In this document: piece after piece, positions 9,282 through 18,049 of the stretch
Numbering within the stretch: position 1 is the stretch's first letter
Layout: each line of letters begins with the position of its first letter
DNA from: Alphaproteobacteria bacterium
Lineage (GTDB): Bacteria > Pseudomonadota > Alphaproteobacteria > UBA2966
Assembly: GCA_964291395.2 (NCBI GenBank)
Contig: OZ219858.1
Coordinates: forward strand, 800,001-864,000
Length of the DNA stretch: 64,000 nt
Direction: 5' to 3'
The notes under the pieces: generated by a model
Database searches by the model: none
Told to the model about the DNA's origin: nothing
What the model saw: the letters and a program-made list of their open reading frames with translations, nothing else
Program-made: the position numbers and the translations under genes

Positions 9282-9752
9282 TCACTCGCCGCTCTGAAAC
9301 TGAACAAAGTTCTCCAGACCCATTGTATCTATGAGCCCGAGCTGGGTTTCCAGCCAGTCGACGTGCTCCTCTTCCCCTTCCAGAATGTCCTCGAGCAGTT
9401 CGCGGGTCACGTAGTCCGACTGCTGCTCGGAGCATGCAATGGCCTCCCGAACCAGCGGGATCGCCTCGTGTTCCAGCCTGAGATCGCAGTCCAGAACCTC
9501 CTTCACGGTTTCTCCGATCAGGAGCTTGTTGAGGTCCTGGAGGTTCGGCAGACCCTCGAGAAACAGAATCCGCTCGACCAACCTGTCCGCGTGCTTCATC
9601 TCGTCCACCGATTCCTCGTACTCGTGTTTGGCCAGACGAGACACACCCCAATTCTTCAACATGCGTGAATGCAGGAAGTATTGATTGATCGCCGTCAACT
9701 CGTTCCTCAGGACACGATTGAGGAAATCGACAACCTTCGCGTCACCTTGCAC
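9282..9752 (-). CDS. bfr: Bacterioferritin
   Basis: NELTAINQYFLH, DEMKHAD, RILFLEGLPN, EEEHVDWLE; GTG at 9752 follows AAGGAG. Confidence 0.95.
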   Translation of the reverse strand: MQGDAKVVDFLNRVLRNELTAINQYFLHSRMLKNWGVSRLAKHEYEESVDEMKHADRLVERILFLEGLPNLQDLNKLLIGETVKEVLDCDLRLEHEAIPLVREAIACSEQQSDYVTRELLEDILEGEEEHVDWLETQLGLIDTMGLENFVQFQSGE

Positions 9753-9852
9753 GGCACTCTCCTTCGCTGATCGATCGGATACCACCGGTGCGGATCCGAT
9801 GATTCCGCATCATGTCGCAAGAACTTTCGCCTGACCACGGCAACGACTCGCT

Positions 9853-9890
9853 TGACGCAATTCTGCGATTGATTATCATTATTATATAAT
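9853..9890. promoter_or_regulatory. sigma70-like promoter overlapped by a Fur box between bfr and the DUF4856 gene
   Basis: TTGACG...TATCAT on the + strand. The minus strand reads AATAATGATAATCAATCGC, 15/19 to GATAATGATAATCATTATC. Confidence 0.6.
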
Positions 9891-10014
9891 CGCGGGTACT
9901 CACACACCGTCGGCCGGGCGCCCGACCCGTTCCTGACGCGCCTCAGATGGGATAGCCACCCCACACGGGCGCCGAATCATACAAGAGATCCAAGGGCTTG
10001 GAATATGTATTGCG

Positions 10015-10064
10015 AGTGTGAATTATTCGCATTGATCAATGTGCAATTGTGAATTATTCTCAAT
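10015..10064. promoter_or_regulatory. Two Fur-type boxes upstream of the DUF4856 gene
   Basis: AGTGTGAATTATTCGCATT (10015-10033) and ATTGTGAATTATTCTCAAT (10046-10064). Confidence 0.75.
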
Positions 10065-10099
10065 ATCATGAATCAGCGACGAACGCGAGGACGAGTCAA

Positions 10100-11524
10100 A
10101 TGAGCAAAGCAATCACCGCGGGGACCGCGGCGGTCACTTTGGCGCTGCTTTCCGGCGCGGCGCTGGCCGACGACATGGTCTACGCCGGCTTCCCCGTGAC
10201 CGTGAAAGGGTACAGCGGCAGTAAAACGACGTCGGTCTCCTACACCGGGCAGGTCGCCCGTCACGTTCTTCACGATTCGCTGAAGAAACTCGCCGGCTCC
10301 GGCAACGGAAAGCCCAATCCGGAACTGAAGGCCAAGATGATGGCCTACTTCGGCGGGAAGGACGCCGGACGCGAGATCATCGCGCCGGCGACCAAGGGGC
10401 CGTTCGCGATCTCCCAGTCGGCGGTCGACGAGATCAGCAAGGGGAAGAACCTGTCCGGCAAGACGTTCAAGGCCGCCGTCACGGGCATGCCGAACGGCAT
10501 GATCGGCCCGGAGCTGGTCGAATTCTGGATCGACAAGGCGTCGTCCGCCAACAAGGGATTCGACAAGGACAACGGTTACGATTATCCGCAACTGATCTCC
10601 AAGTACGTCATGGGCGCGGTGTTCTACAACCAGGCCGCCGACGGCTATCTGGACGAGTATCTCAGCGCGGACAAAAAGCCCAACGACAAGCCCTACAAGG
10701 ATGGAGCGGCCTACACCGGGAAAGAGCACTCTTGGGACGAGGCCTTCGGCTATTTCGGGACGCCGGCCCACACGCTGAAGCTCACGCCGAAGCAGGTCTA
10801 CGGCATCGCGAAGCGCAAGTCCGAGGCTTTCGCGGACGCCGACTACAACAAGGACGGGAAGGTGGATCTGAGAACCGAAATGACGTTCGGTCCGGCCTAT
10901 TACGCCGCGGGGTTCGACGCCTCCGTCTACGACAAGAGCAACGGAACCAGCTACCTGCACACGATCACGAAGGCCTTCCTCGACGGCCGCAAGCTGCTCA
11001 CGGACGCCAAGGGCGAGAAGCTGACGGACGAACAGCGCGACCAGCTGAAGCGCCATGCTTCGGTCATCACGCGGAATTGGGAGAAGGTCCTGGCCGAGGC
11101 AACCTTCAAGTATGCGGGTTCGGTCTACAAGGACATGGTGAAGCTCCAGACCATCGTGGACTCCGGCGGAGACCCGAGCAAGGCGTTCCGCGCGTACGCG
11201 AAGCACTGGGGAGAGCTCAAGGGCTTCGCCCTCGCGTTGCAGTCCGGCAAGGACAACCTCGGCGAGACGGCGACGAGGCTGAACCGGATGATCGGCGCCG
11301 GCCCGCTGCTGCTCAACGCCAGCCAGGTCGTCGACATCGACAGCCAGGGCAACTACGTTCGCGACCAGGGACCGGACTGGGGCGAGTACATGCTCCACAT
11401 GGCCAAGGTGCAGAAGCTGATGATCGACCAGTTCGGCGTCCAGGCGCGCAACAACGACGTGACGGGAGAGATGGCGGCGTTGGCCGGCCAGCTCGGCGAC
11501 AAGGCGTCCGCCGAAAACGACTAG
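10100..11524 (+). CDS. Secreted DUF4856-like iron-regulated protein
   Basis: Sec signal peptide ending ALA-D. SYTGQ, QLISK..MGAVFYNQA, EHSWDEAFGYFG and KHWGELKGFAL motifs recalled for DUF4856. Confidence 0.75.
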   Translation: MSKAITAGTAAVTLALLSGAALADDMVYAGFPVTVKGYSGSKTTSVSYTGQVARHVLHDSLKKLAGSGNGKPNPELKAKMMAYFGGKDAGREIIAPATKGPFAISQSAVDEISKGKNLSGKTFKAAVTGMPNGMIGPELVEFWIDKASSANKGFDKDNGYDYPQLISKYVMGAVFYNQAADGYLDEYLSADKKPNDKPYKDGAAYTGKEHSWDEAFGYFGTPAHTLKLTPKQVYGIAKRKSEAFADADYNKDGKVDLRTEMTFGPAYYAAGFDASVYDKSNGTSYLHTITKAFLDGRKLLTDAKGEKLTDEQRDQLKRHASVITRNWEKVLAEATFKYAGSVYKDMVKLQTIVDSGGDPSKAFRAYAKHWGELKGFALALQSGKDNLGETATRLNRMIGAGPLLLNASQVVDIDSQGNYVRDQGPDWGEYMLHMAKVQKLMIDQFGVQARNNDVTGEMAALAGQLGDKASAEND

Positions 11525-11696
11525 GACGGTTCCGGTTTGACCGGAAGCGCCAGGGAACAGGTGTCGGACCCGGACGAGCGATAATGCGGGGTCCGACACC
11601 GATCCCTGCACCAGCTTCCCGCCGTAAGAAACCGCGGGCAGGGGCCGGAACGACGGCGTCCCGGCCCCCGTGGTTTTTCCCGGGGATAGGTTGATC

Positions 11697-13712
11697 ATGG
11701 ACGCCCTGTTCGTCGATTACGTCGACCGTCTGGCCGACCAGCTCCTCAACCCGCAGAAGCGGGTTTTCATCGGCTACCTGGCAAGCGCTTTGGTTCTGGC
11801 ACTCGGAGTCCGGGTGTTCGCCGCCAGAACGACGCTCCTTCGAGCGCCGGCCCGGATATTCAGCGCCAGGGTCTGGTGGTCCCGGTCGGCGAAGGCGGAC
11901 TACAAGATCGCCGCCCTCAATCAGGCGATCATGATGGGCGTGGCCCCGCGCCTGATTTCCCAACTGGCGGTGGCCACCCTCCTGTTCGAAGCCATGCACG
12001 TTTGGTTCGGCGGGCGTCCCCTCGTCTGGCTCGAAGTGCCCGGCTGGGCGGTTGCCGGCGTGTTTACCGTCGTGCTTTTCCTCCTCGATGACGCGACCAA
12101 GTATCTGCTCCACCGATGCCTCCACGCATCGCCCGTCCTGTGGTGTTTCCACAAGGTTCACCACACGGCGGAGACGATGACTCCGTTCACGGTGTATCGC
12201 ACCCACCCGGTCGAGGCCGTGCTCTTCGCCTTGCGCGCCACCTTGGTGCAGGCGGTCGCCATGGCGGCGTTCTTCTTCTTTCTGGGCGACCGCGTGGAGC
12301 TGATGACGGTATTCGGAGCCAACGTGATCCTGTTCGTGTTCAACGTCGCCGGATCGAATCTCCGTCACTCCCACGTATGGATCTCCTATGGACGCGTCAT
12401 CGAGCACGTCCTGATCTCGCCGGCACAGCACCAGATCCACCACTCCGTCGATCCGCGGCACCACGATCGGAACTTCGGAACCGTGCTGGCGATTTGGGAT
12501 TGGATGGGGCATAGCCTGTGTCTTGCCGAACGCGGGCATGAAATCCGCTATGGGGTGACGGGCGCCGCGCCCGAGCCTCACGGTTTGAAGGCCGTCTATC
12601 TCGAACCCTTTCGGGAAGCCGTCGCGGGCTTGTCCGGACTACGATGCTGGAGACCTGTCAAGATGTTTTCCTCGCTGAATTCCCGGCCGCTCCGCCGGAG
12701 CGGTATCGCCATCCTCGCCGCCGCGCTGGCAACCGTGCTCGAAGCGGCCGCGTCCGGCGCTTCGTCGCAGGACCTCAACATCTATTCGCACCGCCAACCG
12801 TTCCTGATCAACCCGTTCATCGAGGCGTACGAGGAGCGGACCGATGTGACGATCAACATCGTCTTCGCCTCCAAGGGACTGGCGCAGCGCCTTCAGGCGG
12901 AGGGACCGCGGAGCCCGGCGGACGTCGTGCTGACGGTCGATATCGCCCGTCTCCATACGTACGCCGACAAGGACCTCCTGGCGCCCGTCGAGTCGGCCGT
13001 TCTGACGAAGAACATCCCGCCTCATCTGCGCGATCCCGGCAACCGTTGGTTCGCCTTTTCCAAGCGGGCCCGCGTGATCGTCGTCTCGAAAAAGGCGGAG
13101 GACGGCTTCTCGATCAAGAGCTATGAGGATCTGACGGATCCCAAGTGGAAAGGCCGCATCTGCGCGCGGCCGGGCAGTCACGTGTACAACAGGGCCCTGA
13201 TCGCCTCCTTGATCGAATCCCGGGGCGAGGAAGGGGCACAGGCCTGGGCGCAGGGCCTGTTCGACAACCTGGCGCGACGGCCGCAAGGCAACGACCGGGC
13301 GCAGGTGAAGGCGATCTACGAGGGCGTGTGCGACGTCGCCATCATCAACAACTACTATTACGGAAAACTGAAGCGGTCCGACGTACCCGAACAACGCGAG
13401 TGGGCGGCGGCCGTGCGCCTGATCTTTCCAAATCAGGACGGCCGCGGAACGCATGTCAATATTTCGGGCGGAGGCGTCGCCAAGCATTCCAAGAACAAGG
13501 AACGAGCGGTTCACTTCCTGGAGTTCTTGACATCCGAGACCGCTCAGAAGCTGTATGGCTCCATCAATTACGAGTATCCGGTGAATCCGGCCGTCGAGCC
13601 GTCGGACGAGCTGAAGTCCTGGGGAGCGTTCAAGGAAGATCAGATGCCCATCGCCCGTATCGCCGAATTGGCCCCACAGGCGCAGCGCGTCATCGACCGC
13701 GTGGGATGGTGA
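11697..13712 (+). CDS. Sterol desaturase/fatty-acid hydroxylase membrane domain fused in frame to an Fe(III) ABC substrate-binding protein (FutA/FbpA)
   Basis: His boxes HRCLH, HKVHH, RHSH and HQIHH. No stop before the internal signal peptide (ATG 12663) and LNIYSHRQ, SPADVVLTVD, GNDRAQVKAI, NNYYYG, NYEYPV. Confidence 0.9.
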   Translation: MDALFVDYVDRLADQLLNPQKRVFIGYLASALVLALGVRVFAARTTLLRAPARIFSARVWWSRSAKADYKIAALNQAIMMGVAPRLISQLAVATLLFEAMHVWFGGRPLVWLEVPGWAVAGVFTVVLFLLDDATKYLLHRCLHASPVLWCFHKVHHTAETMTPFTVYRTHPVEAVLFALRATLVQAVAMAAFFFFLGDRVELMTVFGANVILFVFNVAGSNLRHSHVWISYGRVIEHVLISPAQHQIHHSVDPRHHDRNFGTVLAIWDWMGHSLCLAERGHEIRYGVTGAAPEPHGLKAVYLEPFREAVAGLSGLRCWRPVKMFSSLNSRPLRRSGIAILAAALATVLEAAASGASSQDLNIYSHRQPFLINPFIEAYEERTDVTINIVFASKGLAQRLQAEGPRSPADVVLTVDIARLHTYADKDLLAPVESAVLTKNIPPHLRDPGNRWFAFSKRARVIVVSKKAEDGFSIKSYEDLTDPKWKGRICARPGSHVYNRALIASLIESRGEEGAQAWAQGLFDNLARRPQGNDRAQVKAIYEGVCDVAIINNYYYGKLKRSDVPEQREWAAAVRLIFPNQDGRGTHVNISGGGVAKHSKNKERAVHFLEFLTSETAQKLYGSINYEYPVNPAVEPSDELKSWGAFKEDQMPIARIAELAPQAQRVIDRVGW

Positions 13713-15385
13713 GCCAAGCCGCTCTCGGCGGCGCCACGAAGGCCGGAAATCGGGTTACGCCCTGGACCCTCGCGGCGGTCGCCCTCGCGCTCGTATTCTT
13801 CGCGCCGATTCTCTCGGTGTTCGCCGCCGCGACGGGCGATAGCGGCGGGCTGTGGGATCATCTGTTCCGGACCGTGTTCCCGCGCTACGTGGCCAACACG
13901 TTGACCCTGATGGCCGGAGTCGGCTCCGTCAGCCTGTTGTTCGGAGTGGCGGCCGCGTGGGTGGTTCACCGATACGCGTTCCCGGGCAGAGCGATCCTGC
14001 AATGGATGCTGCTGCTGCCCGCCGCGGTCCCGACCTACCTCATCGCCTATACCTACACGGACTTTCTCGAGTATGCCGGGCCCCTGCAACAGGTGCTGCG
14101 CGACATGTTCGGATGGCGAAATGCCCGAGACTACTGGTTCCCGGAAATCCGTTCCATGGGGGGCGCCTCGCTCGTGCTCGGCGCGGTTCTCTATCCCTAC
14201 GTCTACATGATGGCCCGCACGGCATTCCTGTTGACGCCGGCCGGGCTGTTCGAGGTCGGAATGCTCGCCAAGCGAAATCTCTTCTTCAACGTCGCGCTGC
14301 CGCTGGCCCGGCCGGCCATCGTCGCGGGGTTGGCTTTGGTGTTGATGGAGACGATCTCGGAGTTCGGCGCCGTCGAGTACTTTGCCATCGAGACCATCAC
14401 GCTGGGCATCTTCAACGTCTGGCTCGGCATGAACAGCCTGCCCGCGGCCGCCCAAATCGCCTCCGTCTCCACGCTCTTCATCGTCGCCCTCCTGTGCGTC
14501 GAGCTGCTGGCGCGCTCCCGCAGACGGTTTACCAACACCAGCCGGAAGACCATGCCGCTGGCCGCGACCCCAGTGGGCGGATTGAAGGCTCTCGCCTGCG
14601 CCGCCGTGTGCCTGACGCCCGTGGTGGTCGGTTTCGTGATTCCCGCCGGACTCCTGTCGGGCTTCGTCCTTCAGGGACACTCGCTCGAATTCGACAGCGG
14701 CGTGGTGACCGCGTCCCTCAACTCCATCGCCCTTGCCGGGGCCGTGGCGTTCTTCGTCATCGCGTCGGCGGCGTTCATGGGACTCGTCGCCCACTACCAG
14801 GGCGGCGTCCCGCTGAAGCGCCTGACCGCCCTCGCCTCGGTCGGCTACGCATTCCCCGGCACGATCCTCGCCATCGGCGTGATCACGGTGGGCGGAGCGA
14901 TCGACGACGGCATCGGCGCGTTCGTCGAGAACACCCTGGGCCTGTCCTATCAGGGCTGGTTGACCGGGGGCATCGGCCTCGTCGCCATTGCCTGCACCGT
15001 TCGATTTCAGGCCGTCGGCTACGGGGCGATTACGACGGGGCTCCAGCGGCTGCCGCCCAACATGATGGAAGCCAGCCGCTCTCTGGGACACACGTTCGCG
15101 CAGAGCCTGCGCGACGTCATCCTGCCGCTGCTCCGTCTCCCCCTGATCACGGGAGGGTTGCTGGTGTTCGTCGACGTGATGAAAGAGCTGCCCATGACGC
15201 TTCTGCTGCGGCCGTTCAATTACGAGACGCTGGCCACGTACGTGTATCAGTTCGCCAAGGACGAGTTGCTGGAAGAGGCGGCCCTGCCGGCGCTCTTCAT
15301 CGTCATCGTCGGCATCCTGCCGGTCATCGCGATGAACGCCATGCTGCGCAGGATCGCCCGGCAGGACACGTCCGCGCCCCGCTGA
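13706..15385 (+). CDS. fbpB: Fe(III) ABC transporter permease (FbpB/FutB)
   Basis: LYPYVY..AR, LPLARPAI, EASRSLG, FVDVMKELP.TLLLRPFNYETLA; overlaps the upstream stop. Confidence 0.92.
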   Translation: MVSQAALGGATKAGNRVTPWTLAAVALALVFFAPILSVFAAATGDSGGLWDHLFRTVFPRYVANTLTLMAGVGSVSLLFGVAAAWVVHRYAFPGRAILQWMLLLPAAVPTYLIAYTYTDFLEYAGPLQQVLRDMFGWRNARDYWFPEIRSMGGASLVLGAVLYPYVYMMARTAFLLTPAGLFEVGMLAKRNLFFNVALPLARPAIVAGLALVLMETISEFGAVEYFAIETITLGIFNVWLGMNSLPAAAQIASVSTLFIVALLCVELLARSRRRFTNTSRKTMPLAATPVGGLKALACAAVCLTPVVVGFVIPAGLLSGFVLQGHSLEFDSGVVTASLNSIALAGAVAFFVIASAAFMGLVAHYQGGVPLKRLTALASVGYAFPGTILAIGVITVGGAIDDGIGAFVENTLGLSYQGWLTGGIGLVAIACTVRFQAVGYGAITTGLQRLPPNMMEASRSLGHTFAQSLRDVILPLLRLPLITGGLLVFVDVMKELPMTLLLRPFNYETLATYVYQFAKDELLEEAALPALFIVIVGILPVIAMNAMLRRIARQDTSAPR

Positions 15386-15457
15386 CCGGTCATCCCGTAC
15401 GGATACGTCTCTCCAAGCGGTCGAGACCGTTCTCCCGAAATCCGTCCTGGGAGTCCC

Positions 15458-15500
15458 GTCCTGGAACGCCGTTGGTGTCACACCGACGACGCTCCAGGAC
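15458..15500. repeat. 20-bp-stem inverted repeat
   Basis: GTCCTGGAACGCCGTTGGTG-TCA-CACCGACGACGCTCCAGGAC, 17/20 Watson-Crick pairs. Confidence 0.7.
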
Positions 15501-15698
15501 TCGCTCCAGGCTCAGGGAGGCGAGCACCCGGCAAGGAGCACGACCAGTCGGCCGGCAACCACCATTGAGGTCAGTGATCCGAGAATGCTCGCTCTGGAGT
15601 GGGACAAACGCCGCAGGCACGAGGCCGTCGGCGGAGGACATGACCCGCTCGCCCTTCGTCACGGATCGGAAGACATTCCCGCGATCCGTGCGCATTAT

Positions 15699-15784
15699 AT
15701 TGCGAATTAGTCTTAATCGCATGATGCGTCATTCATGCGGGAAACGAGACCCCGAGTCAAGTGTTAATGCGAACTATTCGCAAA
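15699..15784. promoter_or_regulatory. Two Fur-type boxes flanking a minus-strand sigma70-like promoter; target unknown
   Basis: ATTGCGAATTAGTCTTAAT (15699-15717) and AATGCGAACTATTCGCAAA (15766-15784), with minus-strand TTGACT-N17-CATGAA between them. Confidence 0.65.
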
Positions 15785-15954
15785 TTTTGTCGCATCCCGC
15801 CAGCCACTTGGATGACGGAGATCGGAAAGCCCCGCCCGCCGTCCTCGGTCCATAAGAATCGGTTATCCGGCTCCGAGGAAATCGGTATTGGTGGTCGTAC
15901 CGCGTCCTCCCCACGTCAATTCTAGAAAGTCCTCAGCAGATCGGGAGCAATCCG

Positions 15955-16173
15955 ATGTTGGACAGACGCAGAGGCCTCAGAAAAATCATCACCACGGTCG
16001 GTCACATCGTGGGGAATTTCGTGTCCCGAGCCGGTGTGGAGACCCCGAAGAAGAGGCCACCCTCACGGCAGCAGGGCGAGGCACCGGACGGCGAGCATCG
16101 CCGGCGGGTGATCTATCGCTGCACCCTCTCGACGCCGCACCGCCTTAGCGGCTTCAGAATCTGGGACGCATAG
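15955..16173 (+). CDS. Possible small hypothetical protein (72 aa)
   Basis: GGGAG SD 7 nt before the ATG; no recognisable domain. Confidence 0.3.
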   Translation: MLDRRRGLRKIITTVGHIVGNFVSRAGVETPKKRPPSRQQGEAPDGEHRRRVIYRCTLSTPHRLSGFRIWDA

Positions 16174-16201
16174 GAGGACCCCTCGCAATAGGCCTCGACG
16201 A

Positions 16202-17032
16202 TCAGACCGGCCGATCACCCGCGACAGTGAACCTGTAGCCGTGCCGCACCTCGGGATGGTAGTCGAACATGGCGTAGTGCTGGGCGCAACGGTTGTCCCA
16301 GAACGCCACTGAATTCGCTCGCCATCTAAAGCGGCAATGGTACTTCGGCTGGCGGATGTGTTCGTAAAGCATCCCGAGGACGGCGTCGCTTTCGGCGGCA
16401 GTCACATCCTTGATGTGTGAGGTGAAGATCTCGTTCACGAACAAGGCCTTGCGCCCGGTCACAGGGTGGGTGCGCACAACCGGATGCTCCGAAACCGGCG
16501 GTGTCTCGTCCCGGAGCTGCGGGCTCTGCTCCTGGCGACCGTCGTAGACCTGTGGCGCGCTGTGCACCGCAGTGAGACCCGAGAGGAACTGTTGCATGGT
16601 GTCCGACAGATCCTCGTGAGCCGCATACATGCTGGCGAAAAGAGTGTCGCCGCCGGTGCTTGGCGCTTCCGTCAGGTAGAGGATGCTGCCCATCGGCGGC
16701 TCAGGGTCGCAGGACACGTCCGAGTGCCAGCCGCCGCTCCCCGCCGCGAATTTGGTCGTCTCGTCGGCGCGGATGATCAGCAGTTCGGGATGCCCCAGGT
16801 CTCCCGACCCGAACATGGGATGGATGTGCAATTCGCCGAACTGCCGTGCGAACACCTTGTGCTGATCGATGGTCATGTGCTGGTCACGGAAGAAGATGAC
16901 CTGATGCTCCATGAGAGCGTCGTGGACCTCCTTGAAGGTCTGGTTACCCAACGGCTTCGATAGGTCGATACCGCCGATCTCGGCACCGATGCGGGGGGTT
17001 ACGGGCTCGACGTGAATCGTCTCATAGGTCAT
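16202..17032 (-). CDS. TauD/TfdA Fe(II)/2-oxoglutarate dioxygenase
   Basis: WHSDVS, GGDTLFASM, HPVVRTHP, FWDNRCAQH. Confidence 0.93.
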   Translation of the reverse strand: MTYETIHVEPVTPRIGAEIGGIDLSKPLGNQTFKEVHDALMEHQVIFFRDQHMTIDQHKVFARQFGELHIHPMFGSGDLGHPELLIIRADETTKFAAGSGGWHSDVSCDPEPPMGSILYLTEAPSTGGDTLFASMYAAHEDLSDTMQQFLSGLTAVHSAPQVYDGRQEQSPQLRDETPPVSEHPVVRTHPVTGRKALFVNEIFTSHIKDVTAAESDAVLGMLYEHIRQPKYHCRFRWRANSVAFWDNRCAQHYAMFDYHPEVRHGYRFTVAGDRPV

Positions 17033-17229
17033 GGCACACCCTTCCGAACGTTCGTTCGCGGCTGAGCGAACTACCCACCCACCGGTACAGCATACTACGC
17101 GGCTTTCGGGCACTGCTCGATAAACGACCGTTTTTTCCAGCACGACGAGAGAGCGCATCCCGGCGATGCTTTCGACCCCCACCTGACAACGATATGCTTG
17201 CGCGGCGCATCGGAAATCGAGAACCTGTC

Positions 17230-17865
17230 ATGATGAAACTGCTGAGCGCGAGTCCCAGCCCCTACGCCCGCAAGGTCCGGATCGTACTGGCCGAGAAAGG
17301 GCTCCCGTTCGAACTGCTCACCGAAGTGCCCTGGAACGCCGATACCACGACGCCGCGATACAATCCGCTCGAGAAGCTGCCGGTCCTGATCCTCGAGGAC
17401 GGAACGACGGTATACGAGTCGCGGCACATACTCGAATACCTGGAGGTCAAGTTTCCCCACCCGCCGATGTTTCCAGAGGCTCCAGACGACTTCCTGGCGG
17501 CCAAGCGGCTCGAAGTGCTGGCGGACGGCATCTGCGACGCCGCGGTGCTCGTCATTTTCGAACGTATGCGGCCCCAAGACAGTCGCAGCGTGCCTTGGGA
17601 GGCGCGTCAACGACGCAAGATCGAGGGCGGGTTCACGGAAGTCGCGCGCCTGGTTCCGGCCGACGGCTACTGCGTGGGTGGCGCCTTCGGCCTGGGCGAC
17701 ATCGCCGTCGGCGCGCTGCTCGACTACATCTCGTTGCGCTTGCCGGAGATCGATTGGTCCGACAAGTACGCGAATCTGGCCGGATTGCGCGAACGGTTGT
17801 CGCAACGGCCATCCTTTCAGGACACCGCACCGCGAGTCCAGCAGATCGACCCCGCGGTGGTCTAG
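17230..17865 (+). CDS. Glutathione S-transferase
   Basis: SPYARKVRI, NPLEKLPVL, YESRHILEYL. Confidence 0.92.
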   Translation: MMKLLSASPSPYARKVRIVLAEKGLPFELLTEVPWNADTTTPRYNPLEKLPVLILEDGTTVYESRHILEYLEVKFPHPPMFPEAPDDFLAAKRLEVLADGICDAAVLVIFERMRPQDSRSVPWEARQRRKIEGGFTEVARLVPADGYCVGGAFGLGDIAVGALLDYISLRLPEIDWSDKYANLAGLRERLSQRPSFQDTAPRVQQIDPAVV

Positions 17866-18049
17866 AATCCCGGCTTTCGGTATCCGGGACTCAAATACGG
17901 TCGTGGTCCTCTCCGAGTTGGAAGGGCCGGGAGAGAAGTTGTGCGATCTATACCCATCCCCATGACAGCGACCACAGGGGGCTTGGTCTGCGCGTCCACC
18001 TCGAAGCTGCGGCCGCTCCGCACGATACAAGAAAACGACGGAGGCCTGG

